From assembly GCA_015066975.1 (NCBI GenBank), contig SVNI01000003.1, forward strand, positions 17,951-81,950: a stretch of DNA of 64,000 nt. Reading direction: 5' to 3'. Below, one piece after another: positions 6,065 to 16,535 of this stretch. A program made the position numbers and the translations under genes. Source of the stretch: Ruminococcus sp. GTDB taxonomy: Bacteria > Bacillota > Clostridia > Oscillospirales > Ruminococcaceae. Below the pieces are notes generated by a model. That model was not told where the DNA came from and did no database searches. It saw only the letters and a list, made by a program, of their open reading frames with translations. Positions within the stretch are counted from its first letter, which is position 1, and the number at the start of each line of letters is the position of its first letter.

Positions 6065-8524
6065 ATGCAGAAATTTGGTCATTTCGATGACGTCAACAAA
6101 GAATATGTCATCACTTCTCCCAGAACCCCCTATCCGTGGATTAACTACCTCGGCACACAGGCTTTCTTCTCCCTGATTTCCATTACCGCCGGCGGTTATC
6201 ATTTCTATAAAGATGCCCGCCTGAGAAGAATTACCCGCTATCGCTATAACAACGTTCCGGTTGATATGGGCGGACGCTATTTCTATATCAACGATAACGG
6301 CACTATCTGGTCTCCCGGCTGGTCTCCGGCCAAAACCGAACTCGATTCCTATGAATGCCGTCACGGTATGGGCTATACCATCATCACCGGCAAGAAGAAC
6401 GGTCTTTCCGCAGAAGTCACTTTCTTTGTTCCGCAGGACTACAACGGCGAAATTCAGCGCGTTGTCCTCAAAAATGAAGGCAATACAGAAAAATCTTTCA
6501 AACTGTTCTCCATGATTGAATGGTGTCTCTGGAATGCACAGGATGACAGTACAAACTTCCAGAGAAACTTCAATACCGGTGAAGTGGAAGTAGAAGGCTC
6601 TACTATGTTCCATAAAACAGAATACAAAGAACGCAGAAATCATTTTGCTTTCTATACTGTAAATTCTGAAATCGAAGGCTTTGACTGTGACCGTGAATCT
6701 TTCATGGGTCTGTATAACGGCTTTGAAAATCCGCAGGCTGTTGTAAACGGCAAATCTGCTAACTCCAAGGCTGACGGCTGGTCTCCTATTGCTTCCCACT
6801 GCATCGCTGTTACCCTCCAGCCCGGCGAAACCAAAGAATTAATCTTCATTCTGGGTTATGTTGAAAATCCTAAAGAAGAAAAATTCCTTTCCGACGGAAA
6901 GAGCCTTAACAAATCCCGTGCATACGAAATGATTCAGAAATATAACACTTCTGAAAAAGTTGACGAAGGTCTCGGCGAACTCAAGGCTATGTGGGATGCT
7001 CTCCTGTCCAAGTATACTGTCAATACCCCTGATGAAAAGATGAACAGAATGGTAAATATCTGGAATCAGTATCAGTGTATGGTTACATTTAATATGTCCC
7101 GTTCCGCTTCTTATTTTGAATCCGGTATCGGCAGAGGTATGGGCTTCCGTGACTCCAATCAGGACTTACTCGGCTTTGTACACCAGATTCCTGACCGCGC
7201 AAGAGAACGTCTGATTGACCTCGCTTCTACTCAGTTCGAGGACGGCGGATGCTATCATCAGTATCAGCCCCTCACTAAGAAGGGTAATGACGAAATCGGC
7301 GGCGACTTCTCCGATGACCCGCTGTGGATGATTCTTTCTGTAGCCGCTTATATCAAAGAATCCGGCGACTATGGTATTCTGGATGAATTAGTTCCTTATG
7401 ATAACGATGCTTCCAAAGCACAGACTATGATGCATCACCTCAAGCAGAGCTTCTATCATGTTGCGCAGAACGTAGGCCCTCACGGACTGCCGCTTGCAAT
7501 GCGTGCTGACTGGAACGACTGCATCAATCTGTCCTGCTGGAGCGAAGAACCCGGCGAATCTTTCCAGACTTCCACTTCTCCCAAGTATGGTGAGGACAAG
7601 TATTCCAAGATTGCAGAATCCCTTATGGTTGCTGGTCTGTTCACCTATGCCGGCCCTGCTTTCGTTGACCTCTGCAAGTACAAGGGCGATGAAGAAGGTG
7701 CAAAGGCTGCTCAGGCTGAAATCGACAAGATGAAAGACAATATCATGAAATACGGCTGGGACGGCGAATGGTTCTTAAGAGCTTATGACGATACCGGTGC
7801 AAAGATGGGCTCTAAAGAATGCGAAGAAGGAAAAATCTTTATCGAACCGCAGGGCTTTATGGTCATGTCCGAAGTTGGTAAGGAACAGGGCGCAGACATC
7901 AAGGCTCTGGATTCTATCGACAAGTATCTCAATTCTGAACATGGTCTTGTGCTGAATAATCCGGCATTCACAAAATATTATGTTCAGTACGGCGAAATTT
8001 CTACTTATCCGGCTGGCTACAAGGAAAATGCTGGTATTTTCTGCCATAACAATGCTTGGATTATCTGCGCAGAAGCTTATGCAGGACGCGGCGACAAGGC
8101 TTTTGAATATTATTCCAAAATTGCGCCCGCTTACAGAGAAGAAAAATATTCCGACCTGCACAGAACTGAACCCTATGTATATGCTCAGATGATTGCCGGC
8201 AAGGATGCTGCACGTCACGGCGAAGCTAAAAACAGCTGGCTGACTGGTACTGCTGCATGGAATTTCGTGGCTGTTTCTCAGTATATTCTGGGTATCATGC
8301 CCGACTGGAACGGCTTAAAGGTTGACCCGTCTATCCCGAAGGCTTGGGACGGCTTTACTGCAACCCGTCAGTTCCGCGGTGCTACTTATAATATCACTGT
8401 CAAGAATCCGAATCATGTTTCTAAGGGTGTTGTTTCCCTGACAGTGGACGGCAAGGCTGTAGAAGGCAATGTTGTTCCGGCTCAGGCTGACGGCGTTCAT
8501 GAAGTTGTTGTGACTCTTGGCTGA
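6065..8524 (+). CDS. cbp: GH94 cellobiose phosphorylase
   Basis: [30 protein letters not shown]...[24 protein letters not shown] matches, from memory, characterised clostridial cellobiose phosphorylases. AAAGGAG lies ~11 nt before ATG 6065. The track ORF begins at 6044. Confidence 0.9.
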   Translation: MQKFGHFDDVNKEYVITSPRTPYPWINYLGTQAFFSLISITAGGYHFYKDARLRRITRYRYNNVPVDMGGRYFYINDNGTIWSPGWSPAKTELDSYECRHGMGYTIITGKKNGLSAEVTFFVPQDYNGEIQRVVLKNEGNTEKSFKLFSMIEWCLWNAQDDSTNFQRNFNTGEVEVEGSTMFHKTEYKERRNHFAFYTVNSEIEGFDCDRESFMGLYNGFENPQAVVNGKSANSKADGWSPIASHCIAVTLQPGETKELIFILGYVENPKEEKFLSDGKSLNKSRAYEMIQKYNTSEKVDEGLGELKAMWDALLSKYTVNTPDEKMNRMVNIWNQYQCMVTFNMSRSASYFESGIGRGMGFRDSNQDLLGFVHQIPDRARERLIDLASTQFEDGGCYHQYQPLTKKGNDEIGGDFSDDPLWMILSVAAYIKESGDYGILDELVPYDNDASKAQTMMHHLKQSFYHVAQNVGPHGLPLAMRADWNDCINLSCWSEEPGESFQTSTSPKYGEDKYSKIAESLMVAGLFTYAGPAFVDLCKYKGDEEGAKAAQAEIDKMKDNIMKYGWDGEWFLRAYDDTGAKMGSKECEEGKIFIEPQGFMVMSEVGKEQGADIKALDSIDKYLNSEHGLVLNNPAFTKYYVQYGEISTYPAGYKENAGIFCHNNAWIICAEAYAGRGDKAFEYYSKIAPAYREEKYSDLHRTEPYVYAQMIAGKDAARHGEAKNSWLTGTAAWNFVAVSQYILGIMPDWNGLKVDPSIPKAWDGFTATRQFRGATYNITVKNPNHVSKGVVSLTVDGKAVEGNVVPAQADGVHEVVVTLG

Positions 8525-8561
8525 TAATTTCATTAAGAAAAGCTGAATTTTAAAATTAGAA

Positions 8562-8596
8562 TCCCCCGGCGGAGAAACCGCCGAGGGATTTTTTAT
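8562..8596. terminator. terminator between convergent cbp and the ydbT-like gene
   Basis: TCCCCCGGCGG / CCGCCGAGGGA hairpin with one mismatch, followed by TTTTTTAT. Confidence 0.65.
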
Positions 8597-10092
8597 TTGA
8601 TATTCGTCATAAATTCAGATAATAATTCACGGGTTTCAGTGTAGTCCAGACAGTAGAGAGTGCATTTCTGAGGCGTTTCGGCACGGAAATAGACTGTCAG
8701 ATGACACTTGTTGCTTTTCTTCTGCCAGATGTGCTGATGAATCCGCACTTTCACAACGCTGTCTGTTTCGGCGACAATCGTGTGAAATGTGAACCCCTTG
8801 CAGTATCTCATGCAGATACGGTTCTTCGAGATGCCGATTCCGCTACTCATCAGAGAAGCTATCTGTACAATCAGTTTCCAGACAATTGGTATCACTATCG
8901 TGATTTGCATCAGATTCGTGATTTCCTGTACTGCCGGAAACAGGTTTTCCAGAAACTCACCTGTCGGATAAATCGCCGCAAATCCGATAACGCACCAGCA
9001 CACATAGCCCCACCATGACTGTTTGGGAGGCCGGAGCTGATTTTTCAGAAAACGACTGCCGGGGAAAATCATCGGCATGGTTTCGATAAGCTCTTTCTGT
9101 GTCAGAATCGGCAGACAAATCGGCATCGCGCCCCTTTGATTGCCGTAGCCCGGACAGTTCACTGCCAGCGAATATACACGAAACAGCTTTGTCAGAAGAT
9201 TCTGCCGGATGTCCAGAAAATTAATTTTGTGATTCTGAAGATAGAAATATCTTGTCGTCATCAGTCCGCTTTTTACAAATAACTGACGCTTATCGCTTTC
9301 CATATAGAAACCGCCGTAGCGAATCAGATTGCTAATCATGGACAACAGCCATGATGACAGAATCAGAATTCCTACAGTTACCGCTATCGGCGGAATACCG
9401 GCCAGATGTTCAGCAACTTCACGAGAAACAGTATTCAGGCGTTCTGTCAGTTCAAATTCATTGATTAAATCACGGGCGATTCTTCCACTCTGAAACCAGA
9501 ATACAGCGATATAAAGCGCACCAGAAAAACTGCTAGAAAAAATAACAGAAAATAATAATATCTTCCACAGCCGGACTTTTCGTTCATAGTGATGGCGTTT
9601 TCCCTGCCGGAGTCTCGGCAGTGCTGAAAGAAATAACGGTTCATCTTTCTTCCGGATAAGAAGCTTGATGTCTGTCGAATTCAGCAGGCCGGATGCTGTA
9701 TCCGCATACAGATAAGAGGCATGAAACGGCCGGAGAAATAACGAATGCTCAATCGTCAGGGCAGAGAGATTTTTCACAGGCATGATGCGCTTCCGGGTGA
9801 AGATAAAACTATCCTGTACATAAAGCTGACCGTCTTCAACTGTGAATTTCCGGAAAAACCAGATGCAAAAGCCATATCCCAGAATTATCGCCAGAATCAG
9901 CAAGTCGAACCATGCACCGTTCAGCCAGTTCAGAAAAGCTTCCGGAGATAAACGAAATCCGGTTATCTGGTGTTTGTTCCAAGCTTTTAGAATATTCCAC
10001 AAACCACGCAGAAACGGAAAAATCAACAGCCATATTGTTTTCATGCTGTATTTGAGAATTCGCAGAGGATGTTCACGGTGCATGAAAAACAC
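8593..10092 (-). CDS. membrane protein, YdbT-like (bacterial PH-domain repeats)
   Basis: 499 aa with paired TM hairpins at intervals. Size and partner gene mirror B. subtilis ydbS-ydbT. The family call is from recollection only. Confidence 0.5.
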   Translation of the reverse strand: MFFMHREHPLRILKYSMKTIWLLIFPFLRGLWNILKAWNKHQITGFRLSPEAFLNWLNGAWFDLLILAIILGYGFCIWFFRKFTVEDGQLYVQDSFIFTRKRIMPVKNLSALTIEHSLFLRPFHASYLYADTASGLLNSTDIKLLIRKKDEPLFLSALPRLRQGKRHHYERKVRLWKILLFSVIFSSSFSGALYIAVFWFQSGRIARDLINEFELTERLNTVSREVAEHLAGIPPIAVTVGILILSSWLLSMISNLIRYGGFYMESDKRQLFVKSGLMTTRYFYLQNHKINFLDIRQNLLTKLFRVYSLAVNCPGYGNQRGAMPICLPILTQKELIETMPMIFPGSRFLKNQLRPPKQSWWGYVCWCVIGFAAIYPTGEFLENLFPAVQEITNLMQITIVIPIVWKLIVQIASLMSSGIGISKNRICMRYCKGFTFHTIVAETDSVVKVRIHQHIWQKKSNKCHLTVYFRAETPQKCTLYCLDYTETRELLSEFMTNIK

Positions 10093-10549
10093 CCTTTCTT
10101 TCTAAAAATTCTGTCAGCTCACAGCGGTCTGACTTTTTCAGAAAAAAAATCATGAGACTCCCCCCATAAACATATAATATCATGAAGTTCAGTCCAAGAA
10201 GTCCGTCCCAAGGGCCTGTAATCAACTGTACAAACTGTACCGACTGCAAGCGGATAGACTGTTCGCGCTGAAAAAACATTCCTGTCCTGACAGTTACCTG
10301 ACTGGATGTCACAATGCACCGCAGATTTGAGAAATATAACGGCATACAGAAAAAACTCAGCACAACAGCAGTCAGCACAAAAACAATTATCAATGCCCAC
10401 ATGATAACCGCCCAGCGCGACAGGAATTTCGTACTCGCAAAAATCAACAGAGATGCAAGCAGACAGACAATCACCTGCAACAATTTCATAGCAGACAAAT
10501 CCGCAGAATATTCTTTCAAAGACGACAGACCTCCTTCCGGAATCACCAT
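10073..10549 (-). CDS. membrane protein, YdbS-like (single bPH domain)
   Basis: 158 aa: two TM helices, then a ~80-aa soluble domain. It overlaps the downstream 499-aa gene by 20 nt. Confidence 0.5.
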   Translation of the reverse strand: MVIPEGGLSSLKEYSADLSAMKLLQVIVCLLASLLIFASTKFLSRWAVIMWALIIVFVLTAVVLSFFCMPLYFSNLRCIVTSSQVTVRTGMFFQREQSIRLQSVQFVQLITGPWDGLLGLNFMILYVYGGSLMIFFLKKSDRCELTEFLERKGVFHAP

Positions 10550-10608
10550 ATATATTATAACATAAAACAGAAATATTTTTCAAGTGTATTATGCAGAAAG
10601 GAGCAAAC

Positions 10609-11883
10609 ATGATAAAATTTCTGACAGGCCTGAATCAGATGCTCTGGGGGAGCGGTCTGGTCGGGCTTCTGCTGGGGACGGGAATTTTCTGTCTGTGCAG
10701 TCCGGATTTAAACTGTCTGAAAAGTTTCGGGTTACTGTTCCGGAAACAAGAAATTCAGGGGATACCTGTCTTTCAGTCCTGTATGACTTCGCTTGCCGCG
10801 GCTATGGGAACAGGCAATATCATCGGAGTGGCTACGGCTCTGACTCTGGGGGGCGCAGGTGCAGTTTTCTGGATGTGGATTTCTGCACTCTGCGGTATGG
10901 GACTCATCTATGCCGAAAATGTTCTGAGCTGTCACTACCGGACAGGTCAGACTTCCGGTGCGCCTGCCTATCTCCGATACGGCCTGAAAAGTCCTAAACT
11001 CGCCGGAATTTTCGCTGTCTGCTGTGTCGGCGCATCCTTCGGCATGGGCAATATGACACAAAGCCATGCCATGGCCGAAATCTTACAGGCTTCTTTTCAG
11101 ATTCCGGACTGGCTGACCGGAATTTTCATCATGATGATTCTGTTTCTGATAGTTTCCGGCGGTGCAGAGCGTATCGGCAAATTTTCGGCTGTTATCGTTC
11201 CGGTTATGACAGGCATCTATCTGATATGTGTCTGCATCATCCTGTTTTTCTACAGAAACAATCTGCTCTCTGTTTTTTCTGATATCTTCCGGAATGCATT
11301 TGGTATCCGCGCAGTCGGCGGAGGCATCAGCGGAACAGCTCTGAAATATGCCGTTTCGGTTGGTGTCCGGAGGGGTGTATTCTCGAACGAAGCAGGCCTT
11401 GGAAGCAGTGGTCTGCTTCATGGAGAAGCTTCCGGTCAAAAACCCGAATTCTTAGGCCTTTGCAGTATGCTCGAAGTTATTGCTGATACTTTCGTCTGCT
11501 GTACGGCGACGGCTCTGGTAATTCTCTGTACTGATACGCTGAAATCTGGTCAGGACGGTGCAGGTCTTGTCCTGAGCGCATTCCGTCTGGGAATGGGTGT
11601 TCTGGCTGACTGGATTCTTCCTCCGGTGATTGCTTTATTTGCATTCTGTACGCTGACAGGCTGGTGCTTCTGCGGTATGAATGCCCTGAAATCTCTGACT
11701 GTGAATCCGCATTGTCTGAAATGCTATCAGATTCTGTTCTGTATCGGGGCATTTGTCGGCACAGTCATGAAGCTGGAAGCTGTCTGGACGCTTGCTGATA
11801 TTGCGAATGCCTGTATGGCTTACTGTAATCTTCCGGCAATGATGCTTCTCATTCCGGAAATCAAAAACCGCCGTACTGCGTGA
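10609..11883 (+). CDS. alanine/glycine:cation symporter (AGCS family)
   Basis: MIKFLTGLNQMLWGSGLVGLLLGTGIF...SLAAAMGTGNIIGVATAL...GVFSNEAGLGSS is typical of sodium:alanine symporters. AAAGGAG lies 7 nt before ATG 10609. Confidence 0.8.
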   Translation: MIKFLTGLNQMLWGSGLVGLLLGTGIFCLCSPDLNCLKSFGLLFRKQEIQGIPVFQSCMTSLAAAMGTGNIIGVATALTLGGAGAVFWMWISALCGMGLIYAENVLSCHYRTGQTSGAPAYLRYGLKSPKLAGIFAVCCVGASFGMGNMTQSHAMAEILQASFQIPDWLTGIFIMMILFLIVSGGAERIGKFSAVIVPVMTGIYLICVCIILFFYRNNLLSVFSDIFRNAFGIRAVGGGISGTALKYAVSVGVRRGVFSNEAGLGSSGLLHGEASGQKPEFLGLCSMLEVIADTFVCCTATALVILCTDTLKSGQDGAGLVLSAFRLGMGVLADWILPPVIALFAFCTLTGWCFCGMNALKSLTVNPHCLKCYQILFCIGAFVGTVMKLEAVWTLADIANACMAYCNLPAMMLLIPEIKNRRTA

Positions 11884-11922
11884 ACAGTACGGCGGTCTGA
11901 TAATTCTTAATCTATCAAGAGA

Positions 11923-14900
11923 TTAGTCATTGTACATTTTGGTTAATCTTGTCAGATAATCATATCTGTCCTTAGCATTTTCGACAGCATTATCGAACAG
12001 CTTTTCAGCTCTTTCCGGATTCTGACGAGCCAGTGCATTATAACGTACTTCGCCCATGAGGAAGTTTTTATATTCTTCTACATTCGGAGCTTTGGAATCC
12101 AGAATGAACGGATTCTTGCCTTCCTTCTTGAGGTCGGGGTTATATCTGTACAAATGCCAATAACCTGCCTGAACAGCCTTCTTTTCTTCTGCCTGTGCAG
12201 TTGCCATACCGGTCTTGATACCGTGGTTAATGCAAGGTGCATAAGCGATGATGATAGATGGGCCGTCATAAGCTTCTGCTTCACGGATTGCCTTTAAGCA
12301 CTGATTCTGGTCAGCACCCATTGCAATGTGTGCTACATAAACATAACCATAGCTCATGGCAATACCAGCCAAATCCTTCTTCTTGACTACCTTACCAGCA
12401 GCGGCAAACTGTGCAATCGCACCGGTAGGTGTGGACTTGGAAGCCTGTCCGCCTGTGTTGGAGTAAACTTCGGTATCAAATACCATGATATTGACATTTC
12501 TGCCGGAGGCGATAACATGGTCGAGACCACCAAAGCCGATGTCATATGCCCAGCCGTCACCACCGAAAATCCACTGGGATTTCTTGCGGAGGAAGTCCTT
12601 TTCTGCCAGAATTGCCTTGGCATCATCACAGTCGCATTTTTCCAGAACAGCGATTAATTCTTCTGCTGCCGGTGTGTTGGCTGCGCCGTCGTTCTTGGTT
12701 TCAAGGAACTTGGCAATTGCATTCTTAACTTCTTCTTTCTGAGCCTTTTCAGCGAGAGCTTCTACTTTAGCAATTACACGGTTTCTCAGAGTTTCCTGAC
12801 CGAGGAACATACCGTAACCGAATTCAGCATTGTCTTCAAACAGGGAGTTGCTCCATGCAGGGCCATAGCCTTTCTTGTTCACAGTGTAAGGTGTGGACGG
12901 TGCGGAGTTGCCCCAGATGGAAGAACAGCCTGTTGCGTTGGCAATATACATTCTGTCACCAAAGAGCTGTGTGATGAGCTTTGCATACGGAGTTTCGCCG
13001 CAGCCTGCACATGCGCCGGAGAATTCAAGCAGCGGCTGCTTGAACTGTGAACCCTTGACAGTAGCTTCTGTGAACTTAGCAGTCACTTCCGGCTTGATAT
13101 CCTTAGTTGTACCAAAGTCAAATGCTGCCTGCTGGTCAAGCTGAGATTCCAGAGGCTTCATCACGAGAGTTTCAGCCTTCTTGTTAGCCGGGCAGATGTT
13201 TGCGCAGACACCACAGCCTGTGCAGTCCAGAACAGATACTGTCATGCCGAACTTCAGGTCGCCGATGGCCGGCTTCAGAGCAGCAAGCTTCATGGATGCC
13301 GGAGCTTCAGCAGCTTCTTCAGGAGTCAGAGTTACCGGACGCAGTACAGCGTGAGGACATACATAAGCACACTGGTTGCACTGAATACATGTATCAGGAT
13401 TCCATGTCGGAACAGTTACAGCGATACCGCGCTTTTCAAATGCGGCAGAACCAGAGGGAGATGTACCGTCAGCCAGCTTCACAAATGTGGAAACAGGCAG
13501 CTTGTCACCCTGCTGTGCGTTGCAAGGAATCTGTACATTATTAACAAAGTCTTCCAGTTCCTTGTTTGCACAGGATACCTTCGGCATACCCATAGGAGTA
13601 TCTTCAGCAGTCTTCCATGCTTCCGGAACGTTGATTTCTACAATGCCCTTATAACCTGCATCAATAGCGTTCCAGTTCTTTTCAACAACATCCTGACCCT
13701 TCTTAGCGTAGGACATTTCTGCAGCGGCCTTCATGTAGCCGAGAGCATCTTCAAACGGGATAACGTTTGCAAGCTTGAAGAATGCAGACTGGAGAATTGT
13801 ATTGATTCTTGTGCCCATGCCGGTTTCTTTGCCGAGCTTTACGCCGTCTACTGTGTAGAACTTGATATTGTTCTGAGCGATATATCTCTTAACCTGTCCG
13901 GGCAGATGCTTTTCAAGACCTTCTGCATCCCAGATGGTGTTCAGCAGGAATGTACCGCCGGGCTTGATGTCAGATACCATGTCATATTTATCAATATAGC
14001 TCTGGTTGTGACATGCTACAAAGTCAGCCTTGTTAATCAGATAAGTAGATTTAATCGGAGTTTTACCGAATCTCAGGTGAGATACTGTAACACCGCCGGA
14101 TTTCTTGGAGTCATAAGCGAAATATGCCTGTGCATACATGTCAGTATGGTCACCAATAATCTTGATGGAGTTCTTGTTTGCACCAACTGTACCGTCAGAA
14201 CCCAGTCCCCAGAACTTGCAGGAAATTGTTCCGGCAGGTGCTGTATCAGGAGAGAAGCTGTCATCCAGAGACAGATTAGTTACATCGTCTACGATACCAA
14301 GAGTAAATCTCTTCTTTTCAGTATTCTTGAAGACTGCAATAATCTGGTTCGGAGTGGTATCCTTAGAACCTAAACCATAACGGCCGGAATAAATCTTTAC
14401 ATCATGGAACTTGCTGTCATTCAGAGCAGCAACTACATCCAGATACAGAGGTTCGCCCAGAGAGCCGGGTTCTTTGGTTCTGTCAAGTACGGAAATCTGC
14501 TTTACAGTATCCGGAATGACTTCAATCAGCTTTTCAGCGACAAACGGTCTGTACAGTCTGACACGAACCATACCGTACTTGCCGCCGTTTGCGTTCAGAT
14601 AATCGATAGTTTCTTCTACAGTATCCATCACAGAACCCATTGCAATGATGATATGTTCTGCATCCGGTGCGCCATAATAGTTGAACAGCTTGTAGTTTGT
14701 GCCAATCTTTGCATTGACCTTTTCCATGTATTTCTCGACAACTGCCGGAAGTGCATCATAATATTTATTACATGCTTCACGAGCCTGGAAGAAAATATCA
14801 GGATTCTGTGCAGAACCTCTCTGAACAGGATGGTTCGGGTTCAGAGCACCGTCACGGAATGCCTGTGCTGCATCCCAGTTCATCATTTCTGCTAAATCAG

Positions 14901-15465
14901 CATCATCCCATACTTCAATTTTCTGAATTTCGTGAGAAGTTCTGAAACCGTCAAAGAAATGCAGGAAAGGCACTCTGCCTTCGATTGTGGACAGATGAGC
15001 CACTGCACCTAAATCCATAACTTCCTGCGGATTGGAAGAACACAGCATTGCATAGCCGGTCTGACGACAGGCATAAATATCAGAATGGTCGCCGAAAATA
15101 TTCAGTGCATGAGAAGATACACATCTTGCAGATACATGAATCACATTCGGGAGCAGTTCGCCTGCAATTTTGTACATATTCGGAATCATCAGCAGTAATC
15201 CCTGAGACGCTGTGTAAGTCGTTGTCAGCGCACCAGCAGAAAGAGAACCGTGTACAGTACCGGCCGCACCAGCTTCGGACTGCATTTCTACTACAGTAAC
15301 AGGGTCGCCGAACAGGTTCTTCTTGTCCTTTGCAGACCACTGGTCAGTGACTTCTGCCATAACGGAAGAAGGGGTAATCGGATAGATAGCAGATAAATCC
15401 GTGAACGGATAGGATGCCCATGCGGCGGCGTTATTGCCGTCCATGGTTTTCATTTTTCTTGCCAT
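11923..15465 (-). CDS. nifJ: pyruvate:ferredoxin (flavodoxin) oxidoreductase
   Basis: 1180 aa from ATG 15465, with GGAGG upstream. Two 4Fe-4S motifs (CIQCNQCAYVCPH, CTGCGVCANICP) and TPP motif GGDGWAYDIGFGGLDH. Confidence 0.95.
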   Translation of the reverse strand: MARKMKTMDGNNAAAWASYPFTDLSAIYPITPSSVMAEVTDQWSAKDKKNLFGDPVTVVEMQSEAGAAGTVHGSLSAGALTTTYTASQGLLLMIPNMYKIAGELLPNVIHVSARCVSSHALNIFGDHSDIYACRQTGYAMLCSSNPQEVMDLGAVAHLSTIEGRVPFLHFFDGFRTSHEIQKIEVWDDADLAEMMNWDAAQAFRDGALNPNHPVQRGSAQNPDIFFQAREACNKYYDALPAVVEKYMEKVNAKIGTNYKLFNYYGAPDAEHIIIAMGSVMDTVEETIDYLNANGGKYGMVRVRLYRPFVAEKLIEVIPDTVKQISVLDRTKEPGSLGEPLYLDVVAALNDSKFHDVKIYSGRYGLGSKDTTPNQIIAVFKNTEKKRFTLGIVDDVTNLSLDDSFSPDTAPAGTISCKFWGLGSDGTVGANKNSIKIIGDHTDMYAQAYFAYDSKKSGGVTVSHLRFGKTPIKSTYLINKADFVACHNQSYIDKYDMVSDIKPGGTFLLNTIWDAEGLEKHLPGQVKRYIAQNNIKFYTVDGVKLGKETGMGTRINTILQSAFFKLANVIPFEDALGYMKAAAEMSYAKKGQDVVEKNWNAIDAGYKGIVEINVPEAWKTAEDTPMGMPKVSCANKELEDFVNNVQIPCNAQQGDKLPVSTFVKLADGTSPSGSAAFEKRGIAVTVPTWNPDTCIQCNQCAYVCPHAVLRPVTLTPEEAAEAPASMKLAALKPAIGDLKFGMTVSVLDCTGCGVCANICPANKKAETLVMKPLESQLDQQAAFDFGTTKDIKPEVTAKFTEATVKGSQFKQPLLEFSGACAGCGETPYAKLITQLFGDRMYIANATGCSSIWGNSAPSTPYTVNKKGYGPAWSNSLFEDNAEFGYGMFLGQETLRNRVIAKVEALAEKAQKEEVKNAIAKFLETKNDGAANTPAAEELIAVLEKCDCDDAKAILAEKDFLRKKSQWIFGGDGWAYDIGFGGLDHVIASGRNVNIMVFDTEVYSNTGGQASKSTPTGAIAQFAAAGKVVKKKDLAGIAMSYGYVYVAHIAMGADQNQCLKAIREAEAYDGPSIIIAYAPCINHGIKTGMATAQAEEKKAVQAGYWHLYRYNPDLKKEGKNPFILDSKAPNVEEYKNFLMGEVRYNALARQNPERAEKLFDNAVENAKDRYDYLTRLTKMYND

Positions 15466-15513
15466 GGATAAAAATCCTCCTTGAAAATAATAATAAAATA
15501 ATAAAAATAAATC

Positions 15514-15530
15514 TGTTTGACAGTCAAACA
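15514..15530. promoter_or_regulatory. 17-bp perfect palindrome in the nifJ leader
   Basis: TGTTTGACAGTCAAACA, about +8 to +24 relative to the predicted nifJ promoter. Confidence 0.4.
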
Positions 15531-15544
15531 ACTTTTATATTTCT

Positions 15545-15573
15545 ATTTTAGCACATAAATCTAATTTTGTAAA
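15545..15573 (-). promoter_or_regulatory. putative nifJ promoter
   Basis: On the minus strand: TTTACA (15573-15568), 17 nt, TGc-TAAAAT (15550-15545). Confidence 0.5.
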
Positions 15574-15744
15574 TAGTCTATTTGTGCAAAATATCTCAAT
15601 TTTTTTGAACAATTTGCACAATTTCCCTAACGCAAAAGGAAATTATCCACGCTGTCAATTGGCATTCTCACCATAATCATTTCAAGGCATTTAGCTAGGA
15701 TGTACAAAAATTTTGTTTTTCTTCTGATTTTTTGCAAATTTCTA

Positions 15745-15773
15745 TTGACGAAAAGGCTTTTTTGAGTTATAAT
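15745..15773 (+). promoter_or_regulatory. strong promoter ~200 nt upstream of the ECF sigma gene
   Basis: TTGACG (15745-15750), 17 nt, TATAAT (15768-15773). Confidence 0.6.
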
Positions 15774-15779
15774 AATAAC

Positions 15780-15917
15780 AGTGTTAAATACGGATTTAAG
15801 TTGACGTATGATTAACACTCGTTTTGTTGTCTCCTTTCTTTTGTTCTACACAAAAATTTTATTTTATCTGAAACTTATTTCCGGCAGGGCTTCACGCTCT
15901 GCCATTTTTCTTTTTTT
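15780..15917 (+). ncRNA. candidate ~135-nt small RNA or terminator-containing leader
   Basis: Predicted start about 15780. 5' hairpin AGTGTTAA (15780-15787) / TTAACACT (15812-15819). CUCCUUUC stretch at about 15850. Intrinsic terminator GGCAGGG (15883-15889) / CTCTGCC (15897-15903) followed by ATTTTTCTTTTTTT. Confidence 0.4.
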
Positions 15918-15977
15918 CACGGGAAATGTCATATCCGCTCCGGAAATCCGTCTTATGAAACAAAGGGGGGATGTCTC

Positions 15978-16535
15978 ATGGACGATATGCAGATTATAGA
16001 ACTCTATTTCGCCCGCAGTCAGGATGCCGTCAGAGAAACACAAAAAGAATACGGCGTGTACTGCTTCAGCATTGCTGATAATATTCTTCATAATCAGCAA
16101 GACGATGAAGAATGTGTCAGCGATACATGGCTCAGGGCTTGGAACGCAATTCCGCCTCAGAAACCGTCCAGACTGAAATTATTTCTTGGAAAAATTACCC
16201 GAAATCTCGCATTCGACAAATATCGGCAGAAAACAGCCGGAAAACGCGGAAACGGCGAATTCAGTGCCGTTCTGGACGAACTCGAAGAATGTATCGCTTC
16301 GCCGGATGATGTCGAGAAAAGCTTTGATGCCAAACTGCTCCGGCAGGGACTGAATATATTTCTCAAATCTCTGCCCCAGCGTGAACGGCAGATTTTCCTG
16401 AAACGCTATTTCTATGCCGAATCAGTGAAAAGTATCGCCGGAGAATTTCAGATTACTGCCAATCACTGCACTGTAATTCTGAAACGTGTCCGCAAAAAAT
16501 TACAAACTTATCTGGAACAGGAGGGCTTTCTGTGA
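15978..16535 (+). CDS. ECF-type RNA polymerase sigma-70 family factor
   Basis: 185 aa. Region 2-like (DTWLRAWNAIPP...KLFLGKITRNLAFDKYR) and region 4 (LPQRERQIFLKRYFYAESVKSIAGEFQITANHCTVILKRVRKKL). Confidence 0.85.
   Translation: MDDMQIIELYFARSQDAVRETQKEYGVYCFSIADNILHNQQDDEECVSDTWLRAWNAIPPQKPSRLKLFLGKITRNLAFDKYRQKTAGKRGNGEFSAVLDELEECIASPDDVEKSFDAKLLRQGLNIFLKSLPQRERQIFLKRYFYAESVKSIAGEFQITANHCTVILKRVRKKLQTYLEQEGFL

Noticed and set aside
10547-10590. Leaderless expression of the YdbS-like gene (TGtTATAAT only 4 nt before ATG 10549)
   Set aside because: The -10 box is too close to the ATG for the transcript to start at the A of the start codon under normal spacing. The start codon or the promoter assignment is probably off, so no call is made.
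10119-10610. 163-aa minus-strand ORF overlapping the YdbS-like gene in another frame
   Set aside because: It is Cys-rich and has no TM or domain logic. The 10073-10549 frame gives a sensible two-TM plus soluble-domain protein that overlaps the downstream partner gene in the usual operon fashion.
15918-15977. An ECF-type autoregulated promoter (GGAAAT ... CGTCT) directly upstream of the sigma gene
   Set aside because: Two GGAAAT copies and a CGTCT are present, but neither pairing gives the 16-17-nt spacing expected for ECF promoters (the spacings are about 21 and about 2 nt). No promoter is called there.
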